Source of the DNA: a virus
IMG/VR virus record: IMGVR_UViG_3300028027_000001
Direction: 5' to 3' (one strand)
Length of the DNA: 64,000 nucleotides
The translations under genes were made by a program, and so were the position numbers. The notes under the pieces were generated by a model, which saw only the letters and a program-made list of their open reading frames with translations, had not been told where the DNA came from and made no database searches. Position 1 is the first letter of the stretch, and each line of letters begins with the position of its first letter. Shown here piece after piece: positions 54,602 through 63,829 of the stretch.

Positions 54602-55308
54602 ATAATTTCGTTAGTGATGTGGTTCCAATCAAAGGTAAATGGTAAATTAGCATATGAATATCGCTCGTTTAATACAGCTGCGTTAAAGTGGTGGGTATGC
54701 CCATCGTAGTAGTAACCATGACCCGAATGAATGTGCCCACAAACATGTATTTTTGGTCGGATTACATCGATACGTTCACGCAATAATTCACAACCTAAAT
54801 GAGTGTCGCGACGGTATTGAGTTGTATCGTTGTATCCCCAAGCAGGACCATGTGTGATTAGTATATCTGTGTTGTCAGGTATAGCGGCCCATTTTTGCTT
54901 GAGTTCCTCTCCATTGCGTGGAAGGTTGAAAGCCCAATCGAAGAAAGCGGGTTGATGTGGTGAGCCATAAATGCGAATATTGTTTTCTGGCTCATCTCCA
55001 TTATGCCCATCATAGTATAACACACAAGTATCGTCTTCAAGATAGTCTATGGTTTTATATCCTGTTAACATACCTTGCATTGTTTCCGGGTGGTTTTGCA
55101 TAACGCGGTCGTGATTACCAGCAATGAATATTTTTGTTTCATATGTGGTAATAGCGTCAAACCATTCAAAAAATTGTTTTGCTTCTGTTTTGCTATAACC
55201 ATCGGTCATAAAATCACCAGCATGGATGAGAATATTTCCTTCTCCAAGATCACCATTTAATTGGTTGTGTTTTGCGTGAGTATCACTCAATAGTGTAATT
55301 CTATACAT
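54592..55308 (-). CDS. Calcineurin-like metallophosphoesterase
   Basis: SDTH, HAGD, AGNHD, ITHGP, CGHIH. Confidence 0.92.
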   Translation of the reverse strand: MYRITLLSDTHAKHNQLNGDLGEGNILIHAGDFMTDGYSKTEAKQFFEWFDAITTYETKIFIAGNHDRVMQNHPETMQGMLTGYKTIDYLEDDTCVLYYDGHNGDEPENNIRIYGSPHQPAFFDWAFNLPRNGEELKQKWAAIPDNTDILITHGPAWGYNDTTQYRRDTHLGCELLRERIDVIRPKIHVCGHIHSGHGYYYDGHTHHFNAAVLNERYSYANLPFTFDWNHITNEIIWR

Positions 55309-55324
55309 ATCTTCTAAATATACG

Positions 55325-55879
55325 TTAATCCCATAAGTTTTCCAAATGTCTTTCCATCAATTGAAAGAGCAATTTTTTACAGCGTTGTTGATTATAATCT
55401 GCTATATACATCGCTACTATTTGGCTGTCGTGTGGTATTGTGTTTCCACCCAAGGTATTAATTTTACCCGCAAGTACTTGCTTGTATGCGCGAGGATACA
55501 TAGCGAAATATTCCTGCAAGTTGTCTGAAATGATGGAGGTTTCCAAAGTACTACAGGATGGTTTATCTGGTATGGATTTAAATTCGAAATCCATTTCAAA
55601 ATACCCAAAATATTCATCGGCGTAATAACCATCACGGCAACGCTCAATTAATTTAGACATAACGTTAGCCCTGGATATATAGTGCGGGGTGTTTACAAAT
55701 GGGTTACGTTTTGTTAAATATTTTGATTGTTGTTCCAGTTTGAATTGCATTACATTATATGTGAAAGAAAAATCCCAGTCACGATCTTTCCATACAATGG
55801 GAAACCATTTGATTAAATTGTGGATACTTACGCCCATTTCACGTATTCTCCACGAAGTTGTATGGAATATATTTTTCAT
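55325..55879 (-). CDS. Hypothetical phage protein
   Basis: WFPIVWKDRDWD...LF.LM......WD. Confidence 0.75.
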   Translation of the reverse strand: MKNIFHTTSWRIREMGVSIHNLIKWFPIVWKDRDWDFSFTYNVMQFKLEQQSKYLTKRNPFVNTPHYISRANVMSKLIERCRDGYYADEYFGYFEMDFEFKSIPDKPSCSTLETSIISDNLQEYFAMYPRAYKQVLAGKINTLGGNTIPHDSQIVAMYIADYNQQRCKKLLFQLMERHLENLWD

Positions 55880-56382
55880 ATGCTTTGTTTTTTTGGTCTA
55901 CCTCTACGTTCTACTTTGGTTGTGCGAGGAGAGTATGTTTTTTGAATGTGAATATACAATTCTTCTAGTGTACCGTCAAATGTTTCTGCTTCTTGTTGGT
56001 ATTGTCTGTCGGTTATATTGAATTCAATGGTAAAATTTTTACATATTTCCTGTAACATGTTTGTTTCATGTGTGTTGAAGTCTTCCCATAATCGTTTGCG
56101 GCGAGCAAAATCTACGGCATGGTTTTCTAGCATTTTTTGCATATCACCACCACACGCTGAATATTTTTGGTTGATTTCTTGTTCACAGTGTTGTGCTTGC
56201 CAAAAGTAGTGGCTAAATTCAAATTCACCATTGCGTATACGTTGATAGAAAGATGTACCTTTGGGTAGTGGTTTGAATTTAGTGTCAAATCGTCTCCACC
56301 ATCTAAACTGGTTGTAGTTGAGAGGTTGGAGTTTGGATATTTGTTTTTGTAGGTATTCGGGTGAGGGAATAGCATATAACAT
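55876..56382 (-). CDS. Hypothetical phage protein
   Basis: YNQFRWWR; C-terminal RGRPKK. Confidence 0.75.
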   Translation of the reverse strand: MLYAIPSPEYLQKQISKLQPLNYNQFRWWRRFDTKFKPLPKGTSFYQRIRNGEFEFSHYFWQAQHCEQEINQKYSACGGDMQKMLENHAVDFARRKRLWEDFNTHETNMLQEICKNFTIEFNITDRQYQQEAETFDGTLEELYIHIQKTYSPRTTKVERRGRPKKQSI

Positions 56383-56409
56383 AACCTTTATTTTTAATTG
56401 TTTTATGCG

Positions 56410-56443
56410 TAAAGATACAAATGGCTCCTTGCGGAGCCAAATG
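56410..56443 (-). promoter_or_regulatory. Promoter-hairpin cassette, GGCTCC type (also ~44768, 49640, 59406)
   Basis: Minus strand TTTGGCTCC-GCAA-GGAGCCATTTGTATCTTTA; TTTG and TAnnTTT resemble Bacteroidota -33/-7 elements. Confidence 0.7.
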
Positions 56444-56462
56444 TTTTTTGAAATTATTTAAA

Positions 56463-56681
56463 TTACATTGGTAATTCACTCACAACTGGGTTATGAGGGA
56501 TTTCTGGTAAATTGTGGATCCATTCGAAGGAACCATTTTGATGGGTGCAATTATTTATTTCCTCATTTGAGATAAACCAGTTCCCATTTATATCTAAGGT
56601 TGGGTTGAAGAATTGAACACCATCATAAGTTTGCCCAACCAATGCGTCTTTTTGTTCGTTTGTTAATTGTCTTACTATCAT
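56463..56681 (-). CDS. Small protein, copy 1 of duplicated module
   Basis: Near-identical to 60363..60581. Confidence 0.8.
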   Translation of the reverse strand: MIVRQLTNEQKDALVGQTYDGVQFFNPTLDINGNWFISNEEINNCTHQNGSFEWIHNLPEIPHNPVVSELPM

Positions 56682-56702
56682 TGTGTAATATTATTAGGTA
56701 AA

Positions 56703-57539
56703 TTAAACTTGCCTTCCAAGTGTTGTTTGATATGTTTGGACTGCTGCATATAAGTTAGCTGATTCTGTGTCTGTTAATCCTTCACCAATAGATGAGAATA
56801 AACATGTTTTATCAGTAAAACCAATAGCTACACCATTATTATTTGAACACCCAAAAAATATTGGTTTGGTAGGGGTGCTCAATCCCGTAGAAGCGGTTGT
56901 ATTTGATGCTTGTAATGTGTTATTTCTAAATAATTTAATTGTGGTAGCTAATTGTGTTCCAACTAAGAAACCAGTACCTGTTGTACCCGTTGAATTACTT
57001 GCTACATCATATGTTGATCCTATATTATTCGAAAAATAAGCTTGTAAATTAGTATTTCTTCTTCCAATTAACGCCAATGCACTGGTGGCGTCACCTCCAC
57101 CCATAACATATTCAAATGATTTTTGGGAGTTAGTTGAGGAGTAATAAGACAAATGTGCAAAATTAGCTATTGTCATGTGGGTTGATGGTGTTAAAAAGGT
57201 ATTAGCATAGGCATTGGTCCCATTTGGTATAACCCCATTACCGTGTGTCCAACCACCTATAAATGCCAATCTGTATGCAGCATCCAAGTCTCTTGGGTCT
57301 TTTAGATTAAATTTATGTGATGTAGCATTCCCCCCAACAAATGGATAAATAGCTTTCATTTTACTCCAAATACCGTAACCTTTAAGGTCGGTTACCAACG
57401 TATTGATTGCGTTTTGTTGGGTTGTGTTGGTGATTGTAGCAGCCGTTATAAATGCTAACGCGTCTGAATCTTGCCCAGAAGATGTCCCCACAACACCTGC
57501 GACACGCCATCCTACCTGCCCATTAATTAATAATCCCAT
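56703..57539 (-). CDS. Putative virion beta-sandwich (lectin-like) protein, copy 1
   Basis: Paralog of 60603..61418; G/S/T/N-rich. Confidence 0.75.
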   Translation of the reverse strand: MGLLINGQVGWRVAGVVGTSSGQDSDALAFITAATITNTTQQNAINTLVTDLKGYGIWSKMKAIYPFVGGNATSHKFNLKDPRDLDAAYRLAFIGGWTHGNGVIPNGTNAYANTFLTPSTHMTIANFAHLSYYSSTNSQKSFEYVMGGGDATSALALIGRRNTNLQAYFSNNIGSTYDVASNSTGTTGTGFLVGTQLATTIKLFRNNTLQASNTTASTGLSTPTKPIFFGCSNNNGVAIGFTDKTCLFSSIGEGLTDTESANLYAAVQTYQTTLGRQV

Positions 57540-57644
57540 AATGTTTAAATTGTTTAAAGTTATTACTATTATACATATCGAATAAAGAACAAAAATGGCT
57601 CCTTTTGGGAGCCTATTTTGTGTAACTAACTTTAAATATATCCA

Positions 57645-58358
57645 TTAATCGTATTGGATGGTTTTGAATTTACCGTTCATACTTTCAAATGAGCGGATTC
57701 CGTCTTTTGGTATAAGTGAAACTGATACGCTGATTAGTTCATATACTGCTAGTGTTCTGTGAAAGTTTGTTGTATGAAATGAACTTGCAAATATAGCATC
57801 TATTCTTGAATTAATTGATGCGCGAGTTTCATTTCTCCATTTTTCAAATAACTCAACAACATATGCTGCATCTTTTTTGGTTAATCCTTTATCGATTAAA
57901 TGGCGCTCGCCTTTTAAGCAATAATTATCTACGATAGTGTTTAGTACTTTACGAATAATTTGTTTCAATTCATCACGTGATACCTCTCCATTTTTATGTT
58001 GTACAGCAATCATAACGATGAGTTTTTTCATGTTTTGATGTATTTCCTCTAACATAATATTGAGAAAATCATGAAATACCTTGGTTTTTACCTCATCACC
58101 AGTAAATTGGTGGAATTTTACAAGTGATTTTACTTCAAATATAACGTTAAATACATCATGGGAGTGTAAATCTTCGAATCTATATAGATCATTATCATTA
58201 TTTTCCCCACCACTTCTTTGTAATTTGTATTCTTTGATTTTATTTGATATAGCATCTTTAAAAAAATATGACACAATCAATAGCACCATCACCACAAACG
58301 CGAGGATTGGTGGTAAATTACCAAATTTGTTTACAAATGTTTTAAATACTTCTTCCAT
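57645..58358 (-). CDS. Single-TM protein in the lysis-like region
   Basis: N-terminal TM plus helical domain. Confidence 0.65.
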   Translation of the reverse strand: MEEVFKTFVNKFGNLPPILAFVVMVLLIVSYFFKDAISNKIKEYKLQRSGGENNDNDLYRFEDLHSHDVFNVIFEVKSLVKFHQFTGDEVKTKVFHDFLNIMLEEIHQNMKKLIVMIAVQHKNGEVSRDELKQIIRKVLNTIVDNYCLKGERHLIDKGLTKKDAAYVVELFEKWRNETRASINSRIDAIFASSFHTTNFHRTLAVYELISVSVSLIPKDGIRSFESMNGKFKTIQYD

Positions 58359-58437
58359 CTAATATAATGTTAATGTGTAATACATAAACAAAACAGTCCA
58401 CAGCCATAGTGGTTATGACCATACATATACATTGATT

Positions 58438-59400
58438 TTAATACGTTATGGAATTATCGTCATCATTAAATAATATCTTCTTTACTTGTGCCGCAGTTTG
58501 GGGTTCCACCATATCCTCTACAGGTTTTATAATATCTGGGTGAGTGGTAAGGGGCTCATGTAATGGTTCTGTTTTTGGTTCGCCGTATATATTAATTTTT
58601 GGTCGGTTTGCCTCGAATGCTTGGTTGGTGGCTATAACTAGTGTGATTGCTAGTGGATCAAACACAAATATAAGTAATAAGATAAATACATTTGCTATCC
58701 CCTTCATGCTCCATCCTGTTAACTCGTGGATGTATTTGATTACCCCCAATTCACCTGATGAGTTTTCAGTATTTTCTAGATCCAACACATGAATGTCCAG
58801 AGAGGTAATTGAATCATTTAATGCCTCTATTTTATTTGTGAGTTCTGTTCGGTTTTGGGAAGTTTCACGTAATTGTGTTTCGTATGCTTTACGATTACCA
58901 GCACTTTCATCGCGCGTAACAATTCCAGTATTTTTATCTATATGTAGTATGGTGGTATTGGTAGACAAGGCATTTCTAAGCGCAGATATATCTTTGTCTA
59001 GCGCATGTTTTTCTTGCATGTATTCTTGCTTGATTTCCTCGTAGCGTTGTTTTTTGGTGTCTACGCTTTTGATTACGCGTTCACCTACTTCTAGTTTGGA
59101 TATATTTTGCTGGAATCCACCACTTAATAAACCGTATATGCCTAGTGAGGTGATGAATGATAGTATAATTACTGCTGTAACTAAATATACTTTAAGCATG
59201 GTGTATATTTTACTCCATGAGTTGTGTAAGTAAGTAGCAATAGATAGTTTGGATATTTCCAAAAATGTACCCATGATTATAACAGGGATAGCTACACTGG
59301 AAAATACAATTGATAAGCCTATTACACTGTAATATGCTGCTGTGGTTGATAGCCCCAATGCGCAGAAAAGAAGGAGCCAAGGTAAATATGTTTTTTTCAT
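58438..59400 (-). CDS. Multi-TM coiled-coil membrane protein
   Basis: AAYYSV.GL, LE..KL, TSLGIYG.LS, coiled coil, IFVFDPLAI.L. Confidence 0.75.
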   Translation of the reverse strand: MKKTYLPWLLLFCALGLSTTAAYYSVIGLSIVFSSVAIPVIIMGTFLEISKLSIATYLHNSWSKIYTMLKVYLVTAVIILSFITSLGIYGLLSGGFQQNISKLEVGERVIKSVDTKKQRYEEIKQEYMQEKHALDKDISALRNALSTNTTILHIDKNTGIVTRDESAGNRKAYETQLRETSQNRTELTNKIEALNDSITSLDIHVLDLENTENSSGELGVIKYIHELTGWSMKGIANVFILLLIFVFDPLAITLVIATNQAFEANRPKINIYGEPKTEPLHEPLTTHPDIIKPVEDMVEPQTAAQVKKILFNDDDNSITY

Positions 59401-59458
59401 GGTAGGGAATATACAAAGGCCCCCAATGGGGGCCTAGTTTTTTGAAATGATTGGTTAA

Positions 59459-60055
59459 TTATTTGATATCGGCAGATTCAATTAATGTGTATGTGAATGA
59501 ATTACCATGGATTTTTGCTGATTTTTTAACGATTTTCATAAATTCGTCAAAATCTTTAACGCGTTTGAATACTTGACACCCTTCACTCCAATTTTCAACC
59601 CATGTTGAATCTTGTCCTGCTTTGTGGATATTGATTCCGAAAATACCCTCGTCAACTGTAGTTTCATCAAACGTTAAATCTTTATTTGGGTCACGATATA
59701 CCTTCACAGATTTTGCTTGTTTTAGTGCTTCGTATTTTCCTTGGTGAAGACCCAATGCATGTGATCCTCTATATTGACCTTCAACAAGTCTTGCAACACC
59801 TTTTGCATTATGGTATTCCATCACACCTTTTTTACCAGGTTCTGTTGTGTTAGCCCACTCAAAGTATTTCCATTCACCGTTTTCTTTGAATGAAATTGTG
59901 ATTACATCATCAAACACGTTGGTAACTTTATTACCAGTTGATGAATTTCTTACTCCAACGATATTTACATCGTATCCTTTATTTGCTTTGTCTTCAAACC
60001 AAACATATCCTTTTGATTTTACTGCAGCCTCGATTTTTTCTCTTGTGTATAGCAT
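59459..60055 (-). CDS. Putative endolysin (YkuD/L,D-transpeptidase-like cysteine peptidase)
   Basis: FGINIHKAG...WSEGCQVF His/Cys motif; next to a holin-like gene. Confidence 0.65.
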   Translation of the reverse strand: MLYTREKIEAAVKSKGYVWFEDKANKGYDVNIVGVRNSSTGNKVTNVFDDVITISFKENGEWKYFEWANTTEPGKKGVMEYHNAKGVARLVEGQYRGSHALGLHQGKYEALKQAKSVKVYRDPNKDLTFDETTVDEGIFGINIHKAGQDSTWVENWSEGCQVFKRVKDFDEFMKIVKKSAKIHGNSFTYTLIESADIK

Positions 60056-60061
60056 ATATTT

Positions 60062-60289
60062 TTACTTTTTATTGTTTGTATATTTGTCTACTGCTGTTAA
60101 TGATAATGCACTTACTGCAAGGGTTAATACTGCATATATTAGTGCATCAGATGGGGATGATTTGTAGTGAATCGCAACATTTACTAGCAACGCTATTACC
60201 AATGATAGAGCGCAAATCACACCTACGGTACGTTTAGATGAAATGGATCCTTTTTCATCTGTTAACATTTTTTTTAAAAATTCACTCAT
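60062..60289 (-). CDS. Putative holin (two TM)
   Basis: ISSKR, two hydrophobic helices, basic C-terminus. Confidence 0.6.
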   Translation of the reverse strand: MSEFLKKMLTDEKGSISSKRTVGVICALSLVIALLVNVAIHYKSSPSDALIYAVLTLAVSALSLTAVDKYTNNKK

Positions 60290-60312
60290 ATTTTGTTTTG
60301 TGTATAAATATA

Positions 60313-60341
60313 AAAAAAGCCACCTTTTTGGGGTGGCTATT
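60313..60341 (-). terminator. Intrinsic terminator
   Basis: AGCCACC/GGTGGCT hairpin followed by a U-run on the minus strand. Confidence 0.7.
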
Positions 60342-60362
60342 TGAATTTTGGGTTATAGTTAA

Positions 60363-60581
60363 TTACATTGGTAATTCGCTTACAACTGGGTTGTGGTTGA
60401 TTTCTGGTAAATCGTGGATCCACTCAAATGCACCGTTTTCATGTATGCAATTGTTTACTTCCTCGTTTGAGATGAACCAGTTTCCATCAGCGTCAAGGGT
60501 AGGATTGAAGTATTGAACACCGTCGTATGTTTGGCCAACTAATTGGTCTTTTTGTTCGATTGTTAATTGTCTTACTGTCAT
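60363..60581 (-). CDS. Small protein, copy 2 of duplicated module
   Basis: Near-identical to 56463..56681. Confidence 0.8.
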   Translation of the reverse strand: MTVRQLTIEQKDQLVGQTYDGVQYFNPTLDADGNWFISNEEVNNCIHENGAFEWIHDLPEINHNPVVSELPM

Positions 60582-60602
60582 TGTGTAATATTGTTAGGTA
60601 AA

Positions 60603-61418
60603 TTAAACTTGTCTGCCTAGTGTGGTTTGGAATTTTTGGACTGCTGTATATAAGTTAGTTGATTCTGAATTTGTTAAACCCTCACCAATTGATGCGAAAG
60701 CTGATTCTTTTGTTCCAAATTGAGAAGCTATACCTGTATTATTCCCGGCACCCAAATAAATATTAGCAGTATTTCTTGAACTGGATGTTGAACCCAATGT
60801 TGATTTTAAAACGCCGTTTTTATAACTTTGAATTGTAGCACTTGAAATTTTTGAAAATGTATATAAACCCTGTGATACATCTCCAGGCATTGATGTAGAA
60901 TAAACGGTTGAAGTGTTGAGTAATCCGTACATCACACCACCTGTATATTTAATATGCGCATGATGGTAAACAGTCCCAACATAAGAACCCATATCAATAG
61001 CTGTAGAAGCGGGAGCAGCAGTTCTTGAGTAGTAACTCATGTGTGTGCTATCTAATAATCCATCAGATGGTTTATAGAACGTATTAGCATATCCGGTTGT
61101 TCCATTTGGTAATGCACCCGTTGAACTATGTGTCCACCCACCACTAAATGTCAATCTATAAGCTGCATCCAAATCACGTGGGTCCTTCAAATTGAATTTA
61201 TGTGTAGTTGCAGTTCCACCAACAAAAGGATAAATTGCTTTCATTTTGCTCCAAATGCCGTAACCTTTAAGATCGGTTACTAGGGTATTGATAGCGTTTT
61301 TTTGTGTTGTGTCAGTGATTGCAGCCGCGGTTATGAATGATAACGCATCAGCATCTTGTCCGGATACCGGGTTAACATTAATAGCAGATCTCCAACCTAC
61401 TTGTCCATAAATGTTCAT
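60603..61418 (-). CDS. Putative virion beta-sandwich (lectin-like) protein, copy 2
   Basis: Paralog of 56703..57539. Confidence 0.75.
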   Translation of the reverse strand: MNIYGQVGWRSAINVNPVSGQDADALSFITAAAITDTTQKNAINTLVTDLKGYGIWSKMKAIYPFVGGTATTHKFNLKDPRDLDAAYRLTFSGGWTHSSTGALPNGTTGYANTFYKPSDGLLDSTHMSYYSRTAAPASTAIDMGSYVGTVYHHAHIKYTGGVMYGLLNTSTVYSTSMPGDVSQGLYTFSKISSATIQSYKNGVLKSTLGSTSSSRNTANIYLGAGNNTGIASQFGTKESAFASIGEGLTNSESTNLYTAVQKFQTTLGRQV

Positions 61419-61521
61419 AAATTAAATAATTTTAAAGTTATTACTGTCATAAATATCGTGCAGCAGCAAAAAAATAGCTACTCGTTTCCAAGTAGCTAAA
61501 TATTTTCATATAACACTTTAA

Positions 61522-62553
61522 TTATGCATGGCAGCTGATACACTCATTGTCTGTAGCAATACTATCACCACGTAATGAACTTTCACTGCGCATATAATAA
61601 AGGGTTTTGATTCCCTCTTTCCATGCCAATTTATGCACATCACTAATTACTTTTGGTGGAGTGTTTGGATCAAACATAAGATTAAGTGATATGGCTTGGT
61701 CAACATATTTTTGACGTATACCATTTTGTCTAACGATTTCAAATGGGTTGATTTCCTTGAATGTTAAGAACACCTCTTTTTCCTCGTCCGATAAAATATA
61801 GTCTGGTAAATTAAGTACACTTCCTTTGTCTTCTTGGATTTGCTTCCAAACACTGTCGATATTGTAACCTTTCGCCTCTAATACGCGCTCAAGCACTGGG
61901 TTTTTCTTGATGAATGTACCTTTTGCTGTTTTCAAGTTGAATACATTTGCTGGGATTGGCTCGATTGAGGCTGATACACCTCCAGAAATATTTGCATTTG
62001 ATACTGTTGGAGCTACTGCAACGTGGTGGGTATGGCGCAATCCTGTTCCTTTACACCATTCTGGTTCACCATATAATTCGGCTTGTTCTCTAGATGCACG
62101 CAATGCACCTTGTTCAATTTTATCAAACATTAAACGTGTGTACGAATTTGCTTGTAAACCGACAAATGGGATGTTGTGTTCTTGGAGGAATGTATGCCAT
62201 CCCAACACACCAATACCAATTGCTCTACCTTTTACTGCAGACCGGTATGTGTTTTCTAATAATTTTACGTTTTTGGAACGGTCGATGAATTCTTGTAATA
62301 CACCTTCCAAAAACCAACATGCTAGTTCGGGTAAGTCCATCCCATTTTCGAATTTGTAGTCTTTCCACTCGTCCCAACGAGCCAAGTTAAGTGACGATAA
62401 ACAGCAAATGAATGAGTGAAGTTCATCTGTGTATAACGTTATTTCTGAACAATTATGTACTACTGCGCCGTTTGCATAGAAGTTGTGGTTGTCTTGTACC
62501 GTTACATCATATACCGGTTTTGTTGTGTTTACTTTTGTAATTTTTAATGCCAT
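61522..62553 (-). CDS. nrdA: Split intein C-fragment fused to the C-terminal part of class I ribonucleotide reductase alpha
   Basis: VYDVTVQDNHNFYANGAVVHN|CSEI; CCLSSLNL, GIGVLG, APT, DQAISLN, KTLYY, C-terminal CxxC. Confidence 0.92.
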   Translation of the reverse strand: MALKITKVNTTKPVYDVTVQDNHNFYANGAVVHNCSEITLYTDELHSFICCLSSLNLARWDEWKDYKFENGMDLPELACWFLEGVLQEFIDRSKNVKLLENTYRSAVKGRAIGIGVLGWHTFLQEHNIPFVGLQANSYTRLMFDKIEQGALRASREQAELYGEPEWCKGTGLRHTHHVAVAPTVSNANISGGVSASIEPIPANVFNLKTAKGTFIKKNPVLERVLEAKGYNIDSVWKQIQEDKGSVLNLPDYILSDEEKEVFLTFKEINPFEIVRQNGIRQKYVDQAISLNLMFDPNTPPKVISDVHKLAWKEGIKTLYYMRSESSLRGDSIATDNECISCHA

Positions 62554-62556
62554 AAT

Positions 62557-63357
62557 TTATTGTGTTTTAAATTTCCATATATAACCGTATATGGTGGTGT
62601 ATTTTCCTTTAGCGCATTGTCCTATCGCCGCTCCTGTTTTTTTACCCAAAGCACGACCTGCTTCTGTTGTACTGGCAAATTCCCGAATGAATATACCATC
62701 TTTGCTGTACTGAAACACGGGTTTGTTGTTTTTTCCCAAATTGTTCAATCGTGCCTTTTCTTTTGATTCGGGTGATTGGGTTTTTCCTTTCATAGGCGAT
62801 ACTCTACCTTTGTGTCCCTTTGATTTACCAACATGGGCTTCGCCTATTTTTCTACTGTGTTCTTCACTGCGTGGGGGTTTTGGTTTTTGATTGGCCAAAC
62901 TAATTTTCTGTTTAATTTCATCGTTCATGAAATCGGGTCTAGGTATACCTTTGTGCGAGTGTTCCTTTGAATGTTTCTTACCAATTTTACCTTCGGACAT
63001 TCTACGTTTAGTTTCTTCACTTTTGGGACCTGACCCATTGTCATATAAATCACAAAATAACGCCATTTCCCACCCAAATTCTTCTATGTGCTGTAATTTG
63101 TAATGCAGTTCACGCTCTAATAGTATGTCAATATCACATATTTCCAGTAAATAAAATGTATGGTTTTCAAACCCATATTTGTTGAATGATCTGTGTATCC
63201 TAGGTTGCGATTTTGTGTGTCCATTTTTGTATATGTTCATCCTAGCTTGCATATGTTGTGATTTACCAATATATACCTTCCCACTAGGGGATACAATTTT
63301 ATATATCCCGGATATCTCTTCCTTTTGATTCGCGATACTTTCTTTTAAGTTTTTCAT
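62557..63357 (-). CDS. GIY-YIG homing endonuclease with NUMOD3/NUMOD1-like repeats
   Basis: SGIYKI.SPSGKVYIGKS; SEETKRRMS; C-terminal VFQYS.DG.FI.EF.S..EA...GYIWKF. Confidence 0.9.
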   Translation of the reverse strand: MKNLKESIANQKEEISGIYKIVSPSGKVYIGKSQHMQARMNIYKNGHTKSQPRIHRSFNKYGFENHTFYLLEICDIDILLERELHYKLQHIEEFGWEMALFCDLYDNGSGPKSEETKRRMSEGKIGKKHSKEHSHKGIPRPDFMNDEIKQKISLANQKPKPPRSEEHSRKIGEAHVGKSKGHKGRVSPMKGKTQSPESKEKARLNNLGKNNKPVFQYSKDGIFIREFASTTEAGRALGKKTGAAIGQCAKGKYTTIYGYIWKFKTQ

Positions 63358-63454
63358 CGATTGCTTGCTTATTTGCCCAGTAGTATTTTTTACTGTATTC
63401 TCGTTGGGCGAGAACACGTTCTTCTTCTGTTTGGAATTTTTTAATACGTCCCAT
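63299..63454 (-). CDS. Small basic protein (51 aa, not in ORF track) overlapping the GIY-YIG start
   Basis: MGRIKKFQTEEERVLAQREYSKKYYWANKQAIDEKLKRKYRESKGRDIRDI; ATATTTATA just upstream. Confidence 0.6.
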   Translation of the reverse strand: MGRIKKFQTEEERVLAQREYSKKYYWANKQAIDEKLKRKYRESKGRDIRDI

Positions 63455-63508
63455 ATCGGTTATAAATATTACAGGTCTAAGAACAAGTCGCAGAAAAACA
63501 AAAGTATT

Positions 63509-63829
63509 TTACAACATTTGCTGCTTCAAGTTAAATATCTCTTGGTTATATAAATTAGTAAATTGTTCATTTGATTCAATAGTAATGGTTGAATCGGTTA
63601 ATACGTTGTATTCAATTTCATGACACACAACATTGTTACCCACACCTAAAAACCATATATTTTCCCAGTTACCCTGGATGAATACTAGTAAGTTTGGGTC
63701 GCTAGGGGAAATAAAAAAATAATCTCCTACTTCAAGGTTACGAGTGGATAGGTCTTTTGGCAGACCCATGAATCGACCACGCGAAGTAGGGATTGGTTCA
63801 GTGTAGTGTTGTTTAGTATACAAGCTCAT
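63509..63829 (-). CDS. Hypothetical protein inside the fractured nrdA locus
   Basis: 106-aa ORF overlapping the stop of the N-intein ORF. Confidence 0.6.
   Translation of the reverse strand: MSLYTKQHYTEPIPTSRGRFMGLPKDLSTRNLEVGDYFFISPSDPNLLVFIQGNWENIWFLGVGNNVVCHEIEYNVLTDSTITIESNEQFTNLYNQEIFNLKQQML

Noticed and set aside
28395-59416. Nested minus-strand ORFs (28395, 37846, 54858, 55417, 56127, 59210)
   Set aside because: They are alternative frames inside longer, motif-supported genes.
56703-61418. Diversity-generating retroelement template/variable repeat pair
   Set aside because: Differences between the copies are not adenine-specific and include indels. Both copies are full genes and no reverse transcriptase is in the window.
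2317-63553. All plus-strand ORFs in the track
   Set aside because: They are antisense shadows of well-supported minus-strand genes, with no motifs or start signals.
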